A stretch of DNA of 46,362 nt from Nemertoderma westbladi. Its lineage: Eukaryota > Animalia > Xenacoelomorpha. Under the pieces are notes generated by a model that did no database searches, was not told the origin of the DNA, and was given only the letters and a program-made list of their open reading frames with translations. Every line of letters begins with the position of its first letter. Position 1 is the first letter of the stretch. Positions 24,441 through 35,242 of this stretch are shown here, in pieces. The stretch lies in assembly GCA_032718475.1 (NCBI GenBank), contig JAUCBJ010004585.1, positions 1 to 46,362 of the forward strand, given 5' to 3'. The translations under genes and the position numbers were made by a program.

Positions 24441-24875
24441 TAGACCTCTGGTTTCGTTCAGGGATCCTGCTGTTGGATTTACCAGTAGAGTGATATGTAC
24501 TGTAGTAGACCTCATGGGTAGAGAGTTATGAATAAGAATGATTGGTTTGACTTACAATATATATTGTTCTGATATTCACTACTCCAATGTGGAGCAGATT
24601 TAATATATTTGTGTTTTTTGTTTATGTTGTTGTTTGTTTGTATTGTTTTGTGGTTTTTGATGGCCCTAGTGGCTGAGTACTACATATATTGGGCGTTAAT
24701 GTCCTGATTCTATGCTTTTTGTTAGTTTGTAGGGTTTAAGACTCTAGGTTTTACCTGTTTATTTGATATATATACATTAGCCCCCTGTTAGTCAGTATGT
24801 CGCGTGCAACCTTTAATTATCATTTCATGGAGTAGAGCAGAATATGCAATATTGCTGCAATTTATAAAATGTAAT

Positions 24876-25473
24876 GTGGGGCGAGCCACGAAGTGAGCGA
24901 AGCCTTAGCATATGGGTGCCATTAACGAGTTGTCTGTCGTCGTCGTCGTCGTCTGTGTCTGTCGTCGTAAATTTTTGATCGCTAATAACTCGGTTATTCC
25001 TAGATAAAATTAAACGAAACTTGGTATGTATGTAGTCCGGCAAAAGTTTAGAAAGAGTTTTATTATGGTTTTACAGTGGATACGAGTATCCATCTGCCAT
25101 AAATCAGCAGTTACTCTCACAGTTTCGAGACTTTGCATAGTTATAAAGGTCGTTAGTCTCCGTTTAGGGAAATTATTTTAAGATAAAACAGGACGAGCGC
25201 AACGATTCTAATGAAGGAGAAGAGTATTGTAAAACTAAAAATGTCATAGTTAACTTAAATAGCTCTAGTTAGGAGGTTTACAAATGACAGTTAAAGTCTG
25301 TAAGGGAAAACTGAAATGGATTTCTGTATTTACAACTAGTTTATCACAAACTGATAGCATCAGCTTCACTCATATATATTTTGGGAAAGACGGTTTTCGT
25401 ATATCTAATAGAGATTAGTATAATGTACTTTCTAATTTAGGCTCTCGTGCTGCGCAAAGGCCCCACTAACGTG
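24876..25473 (+). mobile_element. Helentron-type non-autonomous element, family 2
   Basis: 5' gtggggcgagccacgaagtgagcgaagcc followed by a (GTC)n microsatellite; 3' tcgtgctgcgcaaaggccccac with hairpin cactaacgtg and tttt. A second copy lies in inverted orientation at 26880-27192. Confidence 0.7.
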
Positions 25474-26692
25474 TTTTGTACTGCGTGTGTCTGCCCTAGC
25501 TACATACCAGTTTTCCATTGGGTAACATAGATTCACTTACCATTTGGTTTCATTGTTCTGCGGTCTGATGTCTGTTTTGGGAGAGTGGTAACAGAGTTTG
25601 GTGCGATTACAGTAGGTCATTGGTGCAATAGGCCTATAGATAAGCTTTGGGTAATCCCTGATGTCCAGCTGATGAGTTGTCGAGATTACCACGTACTCGG
25701 TCTCAGACACCGAAACGCAACCATATTTTTGATAAAATTACTTATTTTTGCCCTAGTTCTACCCATTTACAGCGACAAAATGTCATATTTTCTTATAGAA
25801 TATAGGCTTAGCTTTTGTGCAGTATAATACCGGTATCATTTAGTGTATGGCGGATAGGCTTAGGGTTAGGGTGCGATACATACCTCTATGTGGAGTAGAT
25901 TTAATATATTTGTGTTTTTTGTTTATGTTGTTGTTGTTTGTTTGTATTATTTTGTGGTTTTTGATGGTTTGTGATTGTTTTACATAAAATATCTGATGCA
26001 CGTGTTACAGTATTTCCAGAAATATCACCTTCACAAAGTAGGTCGGTAATTTGATTAAATCTTATTGCACCGAATTCGATTCTAGAGATTGCCTAAAAGC
26101 GTCAGCATGGCTAGGACGCCAAACGAATCGTTTTTTATTTGTATTGGAATCACTGGAGCTAAATTTTCACTCCCTTTCCACCTAATGGTCGGCGGTAACC
26201 TGAGGGGCTCCCTGTGAGGATATTAGCGCGCAAAAGTTAGGGGATAATGAAAATATTGCACTAACACTGCAATAAGGTAGGAGGACTCACAACAAAATAA
26301 TCAATAGTACCGGTAGTTATAGAATCTGTAGGCCTACATACTGTATCACAAAAGTAACTTTACCTACACTTGAATCTTCTCCTCCCCTACCATTAAAAAT
26401 TCGTATCCCTGTCGTTTTACACAAGTCAATAAGACGTCTACCGTGTTTATTTACTTCACTATCTTCGTTATTTCTATTATATAATTCAGTGTAATCAGAG
26501 TATCGAACACATCATTATATAGGCAAGTATAATATAATCAAGTAGATTAGCTGCCCTAGAATTCAAATCACCACTAATAAAATATCAACATTGCCTATAT
26601 AGGAAGCAATTTCTTTCTCAATAATATCAAACATTGACGCCGTGTGTCTCCACTATGACTAATCGAAGACTCAGGTGGGGCGTAAACACAAT

Positions 26693-27360
26693 CAGATAGG
26701 AGGGGAAACTGGACGCAATAAAAATTCATCCCTCTCCAGGGGAAATTGGACGCAAATAACAGTTGATTACTCTCAAAAATAAAACTGTAACCTGTTCTAT
26801 TGTGTTTAGTTTATTGCTTTGGTTAAAATAACATGCCATTGTAACCTGCTCTTTTCATTCCAATCCAGGCATTGTGTCACACGTTCGTGGGGCCTTCGCG
26901 CAGCACGAAGTGAGTAAAGCCTTTAGCATATGGGCACCATTAACGAGTTGTCTACCGTTAGTCAGAAGTCTTCAACACAATACTCCTCCTCCTCTTGTGC
27001 CTCGTTGCGTTCGTTCGTTTTTCACCAAACTTCAGATTCTTTCTAAACTTTTGACTGACTACATACGTATCAAGTTTTGTTTAATTTCATCGAGGAATAA
27101 CCGAGTTATCAGCGTTCAAAAAGTTACGACGACAGACAACTCGCCAATGGCACCCATATGCTAAGGCTTCGCTCACTTCGTGGCTCGCCCACACTCAAAA
27201 ATGAAACTGTAGTAACATGTTCTATTGTATTTAGTTTATTGTTTTGGTTAAAATAACGTGCCAATGTAACCTGCTCCTTTCCCTAAGTTGAGAATTTAAC
27301 ATTGAGGCGGGATATTAATTCTCCAAGATGGGATTTGCGTCCAGTTTCACCCCCTGTCTC
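26693..27360. mobile_element. MITE with ~26-bp imperfect TIRs and an 8-bp TSD, hosting a nested element
   Basis: Left agataggaggggaaactggacgcaat; right (reverse complement) agacagggggtgaaactggacgcaaat. Flanks are aacacaat (26685-26692) and aacacaac (27361-27368). Confidence 0.65.
26880..27192 (-). mobile_element. Internally deleted, rearranged copy of the 24876-25473 Helentron-type element
   Basis: 27035-27192 is the reverse complement of 24876-25060, and 26880-26908 is the reverse complement of 25445-25473. Confidence 0.8.
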
Positions 27361-28042
27361 AACACAACATATGAATACATCATTAGGTAAACCTAGAGAA
27401 CTACTAATTTTAATCCAACAGTTTTAATCCTCAGTAGGGGTTTGTTCTTTTGGCAAAGATATTATATTATATAATTTGTGAGAAAATCGCGATAATAAAT
27501 CATCACACCCCCCGCTATACCGTTTAGCCTTAGGGAACGTTTCTTTAACTCAATGCTGACAAGGGACCCACAATTATTAACCAACTTCCAGATAGAATAG
27601 GCTAATTATTTTAGTCTGGTAAAAACATTACTTAATTAAGATAAAGATCATTTATCATTTGAGAGACTGTACTGATGTACTGAATGTGCTGGAATCGCAA
27701 TATTGGCACGTAATATTACAGTATTAATTAATACTATAATACAGGCGAATTATACTATATGCTATATATGAGTATAGTACAGCTTACTTTAATAATAATA
27801 TTAAATAATACAATTATTTAATTTAATATTATTACTATTAGGAGTTTATATGGTCTGTTGCATATGTAGATTAATTTACAGTGTTACTGTAGAGATTTAT
27901 TGATTGGACTTGAGTTGGCTCAACCAACTGCACTGCACAGTGCAGTGCAGTGTAATGACGGGATTTATGGTCTAGTGAACAGACATTATCAGTTTAAATA
28001 CTGTTGTTACCTGTCTATAGACAACAATCTATAGATCAACAA

Positions 28043-29670
28043 TTTACTGTGTAAGATCACCCATGGTGGGGTGGTGAACAGGCATTCCTTTAGGAAACAG
28101 AGTGGAAGGGTTTACTGTGGAAGATCACCCATGGTGGAGAACAGGCATTCATTTAGGAAACAGAATGGAAGGGTTTACTGTGGAAGATCGCCCATGGTGT
28201 TGAACAGGCATTCCTTTAGGAAACAGAGTGGAATGGTTTACTGTGGAAGATCACCCATGGTATGGTAAACAGGCATTCCTTTAGGAAACAGAGTGGAAGG
28301 GTTTACTGTGGAAGATCACCCATGGTGGTGAACAGGCATTCCTTTAGGAAACATAGTGGAAGGGTTTACTGTGGAAGATCAACCATGGTGGTGAACTGGC
28401 ATTCCTTTAGGAAACAGAGTGGAAGGGTTTACTGTGGAAGATCAACCATGGTGGTGAACAGGCATTCCTTTAGGAAACAGAGTGGAAGGGTTTACTATGG
28501 AAGATCACCCATGGTGGTGAACAGTCATTCCTTTAGGAAACAGAGTGGAAGGGTTTACTGTGGAAGATCACCCATGGTGGAGAACAGGCATTTCTTTGGG
28601 AAACAGTGCGGAAGAGTTTACTGTGGAAGATCACCCATAGTGGTGAATAGGCATTCTTTTAGGAAACATAGTGGAATGGTTTACTGTGGAAGATCGCCCA
28701 TGGTGGTGAACAGGTATTCCTTTAGGAAACAGATTGGAATGGTTTACTGTGGAAGATCACCCATGGTGGTGAACAGGCATTCTTTTAGGAAACAGAGTGG
28801 AAGGGTTTACTGTGGAAGATCACCCATCGTGGTGAACAGGTATTCCTTTAGGAAACAGAATGGAATGGTTTACTGTGGAAGATCACCCATGGTGGTGAAC
28901 AGGCATTCCTTTGGGAAACAGAGTGGAAGGGTTTACTGTGGAGGATCACCCATGGTGGTGAATAGGCATTCCTTTAGGAAACAGTGTGGAAGAGTTTACT
29001 GTGGAAGATCACCCATGGTGATGAACAGGCATTCCTTTAGGAAACAGAGTGGAACAATTTACTGTGGAAGATCACCCATGGTGGAGAACAGGCATTCCTT
29101 TAGGAAACAGAGTAGAAGGATTTACTGTGGAGGATCACCCATGGTGGAGAACAGGCATTCCTTTAGGAAACAGAGTAGAAGGGTTTACTGTGGAGGATCA
29201 CCCATGGTGGTGAACAAGCATTCCTTTAGGAAACAGAGTAGAAGGGTTTACTGTGGAGGATCACCCATGGGGGTGAACAGGCATTCCTTTAGGAAACAGA
29301 ATGGAAGGGTTTACTGTGAAAGATCACCCATGGTGGAGAACAGGCATTCCTTTGGGAAACAGAGTGGAAGGATTTACTGTGGAAGATCACCCATGGTGGT
29401 GAACAGGCATTCCTTTAGGAAACAGAGTGGAATGGTTTACTGTGGAAGATCATCCATGGCGGTGAACAGGCATTCCTTTAGGAAACAGAGTGGAAGGATT
29501 TACTGTGGAAGATCACCCATGGTGGAGAACAGGCATTCCTTTAGGAAACAGAGTGGAAGGGTTTACTGTGGAAGATCACCCATCATGGTGGAGAACAGGC
29601 ATTCCTTTGGAAAACAGAGTGGAAGGATTTACTGTGGAAGATCACCCATGGCAGCATGGTGGTGAACAGC
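28043..29670. repeat. 63-bp minisatellite, ~26 copies
   Basis: Unit tttactgtggaagatcacccatggtggtgaacaggcattcctttaggaaacagagtggaaggg; it produces the 21-aa-repeat ORF at 28262-29665. Confidence 0.97.
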
Positions 29671-30985
29671 CATTCCTGGGCTTAATCAGCCTTCTCCCAT
29701 TCTTATAGCAGTGCTTGTGTATGATGGATGCTCCCGAATTAACGACAATTATTTGAACTCAGACTGAAAGTCTCGTCGGCTTTATTCATAGCAAAAGTAA
29801 ATTATTAAATATAATTGGCACACGAGTGAAAATTATTGAAATAGATAAATAAATATATGCAATGTATAGGGTTTGGTACTTTATTGTATAATTATACATA
29901 TTATCGTATATATTACATATTATTCATATGGAACATTCGTTAATAGTTCAAACATGTAATATAGTAGGCAGGCCCCTATATCAAAGCATAATATAAAAAT
30001 TAAATTGGGTGGGAGCGACGATAAATTAGAAAATAGTTTAGAAAAAAAAAATAAAATAAATACACTCTTAAAAATAGTGGATAGGGAAGTTTCATCAGCT
30101 TTTTTAGGCCTACACAAAATTATTTGATAAAGTACTATACTGAGTGTGCAGTCAGTACACGTGGAGGTAAACATGTGGTTAACAGAAAAATGTCACAACA
30201 AAACAAGGAAAATCAATCACTATGATCTATGACTAAGATAATTTTGATTTTACAATTCAAAGTGAAAGTAAAAGAAGCTATTGTTGAAGGCAATGGCGAT
30301 GAGTGGAAGAAGAGAACAAGAAGCAGATATTTTCAGCAATTCTTCAAGCAGTAATTCTTTTATGTTCAACGCAGATTTGTATCCAGTGAGGTCCTTCTAC
30401 TTTTAATAATTATTTAGCTCTAGTATATACTGTAGAATTCTAATGACGGAAATTAGATGTTCAATAGATATGTATTTGGACATTTAACATCCATGTAACA
30501 ATAATGACACGAGCAAAAATATGTAATATCCAAGTAAACATAGCATAATATACAAAAATATATGTCATCTCCAAATAAGAATAGCAATTCGAAAAAAATT
30601 ATTTTAATATAGAAAGCAGAAAAGGACACTAATAAAAATATATGCATTAAAAATAGCCAAAATTAAACTATATAAATTAATTATCCAAGTAAATAAAATA
30701 AGAAATCCAAAGACGAAATTAATAATATCCAGATAAAAATTGTGATAAATATTATGATGTATCTATAGAGCCACCTGCGAGCACAAGATACAAAATAGTG
30801 CACACAAGAAACTAAGTTGTGTGCAAAAGAAAGTAAGAAGCTAAGAAATACTAAATTGTACAGTACGCACTCCTTATAAGAAACTTGTTTACCAAATCTC
30901 CCTTGAAAAGCTCCTTATGAACCTCCTTAAGTTTTGCAGGATTGTTCTCGATTCAAGACTTCCAATGTTCTAAGTTGATAAAAAT

Positions 30986-33541
30986 TCATTTCAGTTTTTC
31001 ATCTTGCCACATATTCTTCATAGCTCTATCAATAAGCTTCTCTGCAGTTAAGGAAGACACAGAAATTATTTCTACCTCTCCAGCTTTATTAATCAACCCC
31101 TTGATTGAATCATCCACCGTCTGATGCAAACTCCAGGATCGATCAATGGGCAACACTATGTGTTCATTTTCTGTCAGACATTTATATAGGTACAAGAACA
31201 GCCTGCGGATGTGACTCAGACCCCACATTCTCCAAAACCCTTTATATCCATTGTCATCATCATTCTCAATCGCTTCTGTATGCCAATTGCAGCAGCCTTT
31301 GCTTTGTTTTAACGTTTCCCTTTCTTTGGCATCTGTACATTTCATTTCATTTGCAGTAGAGATTAAAAATAAAGTGCTCTGATCTATTTCAGAGCTCTGG
31401 TCTATTTCAGTGCTCTGATCTATATTAAACAACCGGGTTTGTGGAACACACAGGCAAGGAATCCAACTGCTATACAACTTTTCCATCGCCATTATAAACT
31501 GAATACGCCTTTTTTCGCAATAGACTTGTGATTGTTCCAGAATATGTTTTGTGTCATGTATAGCATAACCCAAAATTACATTCATCAAAGCGACAACCAC
31601 CACAAATACGAACACCAAAAACAAGAAATGGGCAGCAATACTTTTTACCGGCTTCATTTCTTCTCTTGCCGTTTCGTTAGTCAGCTGATATTCAGCCCCT
31701 GTAGAAAGCGAACCTAAAGTATCAAAAACAGAATAACCTTGGCCTTCGTGGTATAGAATATCCATAGCAGCTGCAAATGAACCAAGAAGAAAAACAAAGT
31801 ACAATGTTATATGTGCCAAGTTCTTGACAATCTTTCTGTATACAATAACATGCTCGCCAATACGTAGAGCTTTTATCTGCGAACATGATAACGTAAAGGC
31901 AACACTGCTGAAAACAATAGCCATGGCACCAGCTTCTATGAAGTAATTCTCAATATTTTTATCATGTGGAGAATCATGTTGTGTCACCAGCATCCAAACA
32001 GACAATGTCACTACAGCCCATTCTAGAATATTCTCAAGGTCAAGGAAATATTCTTTCTTTCTTGACACACATAACTGTAAGAACTCAATCACAGTCATTA
32101 ACGTTGTTATGCCCAGTAAAGTATACCAATTAACATAATATTCGACTTTGCCGACAATCTCGATACATTCCTTTTTGACATTGTTGTTGGTTATATATGT
32201 GGTGTTGGTTTTGTTGGTGTTGTTTGTGTCATTATTCTCATTGCTAGATGTACAGCGCCATATCATTATAACATTCCATGCAATAACACAAAAATGGAAA
32301 AGGAGGCATAACCTCAATAAACAGTATATCCATGACACTTTCTGCCATTTCATTTCAATTAAGGCTGAAACATAGGGATGTTTAAATAATACCTCATTGT
32401 CAGGTTTCGATGTGATCATTTCTAGAAGAGCAAGTTCAGGAGTTGAGGAATTTCGAAAACTTAGACCACATGTGTTGATGTCACAGCATGTTTTACCAGT
32501 ACTCACTGATTTCATGAGATCCATGTCGATTGTTACCCACTTATTTCTACCAAAACTAGGTTCAGGTACAGGTTCACCCTTCTGCAAACCCACCATATCG
32601 AGATCATAGCTATCCTGCAATAAATTTATGCATTTATTGAAGACATCTTCCCATTCTCCAGGGGTGATTAAGTTACATAATTCCTCCATTGCTTCAGTTG
32701 GCCAGTTAGCCCAATGCAAATCTTTAAATCTACCATCTTCTCTTAACCCCAATCGTCGTCCTCTAGACATCATCAAATGGACAATAAGAATAACGTGTTC
32801 ATATTGTATACCCACTACTACTGGTGTCTGACCCAGATAGTTTTCTTCATCTGCATCTACACCTTTGTCAAAGAGTAGCTCTACTATACTCACTGGCGCA
32901 TCATACTTAAATGCAATATGTAATGAATTATTGCCTTCTTTATCTTTCGCTTTAACATCTGCACCAGAATCTAGAAGCTTGTTGAGTGCTGCCAGATGAC
33001 CGCCCATGATGGCATAGTGGAGAGCGGTGAATTCTTTGAGAGTAGGCACATCCACTTGTTCTTTAATATTTATTTTTTCTAACAAAGTATTTAAAATACT
33101 TTCATTTCCGTGTAATGCGGCATTATGGAGAGCAGTTCGGCCTTGGTCATCTGATGCTGTGGGATCAGCATTGTTGTCTAACAACAGCTGGACTATCCTG
33201 GTATGGCCATTGCGACAGGAAATCAGTAGTGCATCATTCTTATCTTTAATGGAAACTAGTTCTGGACCCTGGCATAAGCCCTCATCTAGCAACCAATTTG
33301 TTATGTCATAATGTCCACACCTGGAAGCAATGTGTAAAATAATAGGAAATGGCAAGGGCCCTTCAATCTCCTTCAAAGCCTTTAAGTTACCTTTTATACA
33401 AGCATCTTCATAATTATTAGAAGATTTCTTTGCATTGTTGAGATATCTGTGTGGCATTTCGATGTATGAGTCATTTGATTTTTGAACCTCACCATCTGTA
33501 AATAATATGGGTGAAGATGACATAGCGTCTCTTAGCACCAT
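30986..33541 (-). CDS. TRPA-family transient receptor potential channel, copy B (851 aa), uninterrupted ORF
   Basis: Close paralog of 16706-19339 with the same ankyrin, pre-S1, S1-S6 and TRP-like motifs. All indels relative to copy A keep the frame. The shared ATG is at 33523. Confidence 0.92.
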   Translation of the reverse strand: MVLRDAMSSSPILFTDGEVQKSNDSYIEMPHRYLNNAKKSSNNYEDACIKGNLKALKEIEGPLPFPIILHIASRCGHYDITNWLLDEGLCQGPELVSIKDKNDALLISCRNGHTRIVQLLLDNNADPTASDDQGRTALHNAALHGNESILNTLLEKINIKEQVDVPTLKEFTALHYAIMGGHLAALNKLLDSGADVKAKDKEGNNSLHIAFKYDAPVSIVELLFDKGVDADEENYLGQTPVVVGIQYEHVILIVHLMMSRGRRLGLREDGRFKDLHWANWPTEAMEELCNLITPGEWEDVFNKCINLLQDSYDLDMVGLQKGEPVPEPSFGRNKWVTIDMDLMKSVSTGKTCCDINTCGLSFRNSSTPELALLEMITSKPDNEVLFKHPYVSALIEMKWQKVSWIYCLLRLCLLFHFCVIAWNVIMIWRCTSSNENNDTNNTNKTNTTYITNNNVKKECIEIVGKVEYYVNWYTLLGITTLMTVIEFLQLCVSRKKEYFLDLENILEWAVVTLSVWMLVTQHDSPHDKNIENYFIEAGAMAIVFSSVAFTLSCSQIKALRIGEHVIVYRKIVKNLAHITLYFVFLLGSFAAAMDILYHEGQGYSVFDTLGSLSTGAEYQLTNETAREEMKPVKSIAAHFLFLVFVFVVVVALMNVILGYAIHDTKHILEQSQVYCEKRRIQFIMAMEKLYSSWIPCLCVPQTRLFNIDQSTEIDQSSEIDQSTLFLISTANEMKCTDAKERETLKQSKGCCNWHTEAIENDDDNGYKGFWRMWGLSHIRRLFLYLYKCLTENEHIVLPIDRSWSLHQTVDDSIKGLINKAGEVEIISVSSLTAEKLIDRAMKNMWQDEKLK

Positions 33542-33611
33542 TCAATAACACCTTACAGTATTTTCTATAATTAGAACTTATCAATTGTATTATAGACCAT
33601 GGTTCTCTAAA

Positions 33612-35128
33612 GTGCCAGTGGAGTAGATGGTGTTCCCCCTGAGGTCTTTAAAATACCTGAGTGTTTAAAGCTCATCTATCCCATCATAGTAGACATGTAC
33701 CGAACAACAAGAGTCCTACAAGAAATGAAAACAAATAAGTTGGTGCCAGTTCCCAAGAAGGGCAACCTAACACTCTATGGTTCTTTTCGGGGAATCTCAT
33801 TGATCTCGATTGCTGCAAAGCTATACAATAGGATTCTATTAAATCGCATCAGGGATCCCATTGAGAGACTGCTCCGTGGAAATCAGAATGGGTTCCGTAA
33901 AGGTCGTGGGACCATGGAGCCCATTTTGGCACTTAGAAGGATAATTGAAGAATTATCAAAAAAGAAGGACAGTTTGTGTTATCTTTGTTGACTTCTTCAA
34001 GGCCTTTGATTCAGTCTCTCGCTCACGTATGTTCAGCATACTTTCATTATATGGGATTCTTGATGAAATTATTGCAGCAATCAGATCAGTATACGATGGT
34101 TCGACAACATTTGTGTCTACTGTTGACGGTGACACAGAACCATTTGAAGTGTTATGGGGCGTCCTCCAAGGAGACACACTTGCACCATTCTTGTTCATTA
34201 TTGTGGTTGACTATGTTCTACGCATGTCTTAGATCATCATAATGATGATGGGGTGATGATAACTCCACCTACTGGCTCCAGAAGTCGAGGAAATCCTGCC
34301 AAGTACCTAACTGATCTAGACTTTGCTGATGACTTAGGAGTACTCTCAGAAACATGAGAGGGAGCCCAACGGCTCCTCAGCTCATTAGAACATTCTGCTT
34401 CTAGTGTTGGTCTTTTTATTAACTCCAGAAAGACCAAAATTTTGACAGTTAACTTTGAAAGTCCTCAGGAAGTCTCTGATCGGATGAGCATAAGCTCAAA
34501 GGATGGTATGCTTGAGCATGTGGACGACTTCTGTTACCTGGGATCATGGATCCGGAAGTCAGGTGAGGACCTTCGAATACGTAAGGGAAAGGCATGGGCA
34601 GCCTTGAATAGGCTTTTCAGGATTTGGAAGTCACCGAGAATTAATCGGAAACTTAAGGTCCAATTATTTAGAGCAGCAGTAGTTCCAGTACTCCTCTACG
34701 GGAGTCCATGCTGGGCTCTAACTGCTGAGGACACCAAATCTCTGGATGGCACATTCACAAGAATGCTACGCCGGGTTCATTGTGTCAAGTTCAATGCACA
34801 CATCTCCAACCAGACACTATATAACATTGGAAGTGTCTCATTGGTTCCCCCAAGCTTGACACTAGAACAAAATCGCTTCCGCTTTGCAGGACATGCCTGT
34901 GAGGACCAGCCAGTGCATAATCTTGTACTTTGGCAGCCTCATGGAGTGAATAAGCATGACTTTCCCATGACTTTCTTGAGACGCATCTTAAAGGACACTG
35001 GCCTTGAAGATGCGGATGATCTAGCAAATGTCATGGGTGATAGGGAGTTGTGGCGGTGCAATTTTGTTGACAAGGCGGCACAGCATTCTTAAAAATGCAG
35101 CTGCAATGCAGCATGCCGATCCTAGTAG
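33612..35128 (+). mobile_element. RTE-clade LINE (second family), 5'-truncated RT fragment
   Basis: SGVDGVPPE, FRGISLISIAAKLYN, QNGFRKGR, FVDFFKAFDS, GVLQGDTLAPFLF, DLDFADD (34316-34333), YLGSWI; stops and frameshifts; (tag)n tail. Copy A shows the empty site ttctctaaaataaaattgac; possible short TSD taaa. Confidence 0.93.
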
Positions 35129-35242
35129 TAAAATCAAATTGACAAATTTGAAAATACTACAGTTGATCTATAATAGTAATTGGACTATAACTGTAATTTA
35201 ACTGGTTTGAATATTGAATTAATGTGCTACCAGAAGTTCAAG

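Noticed and set aside
25860-25871. ttagggttaggg telomeric hexamers
   Set aside because: Only two units, which is expected by chance or from a TE fragment.
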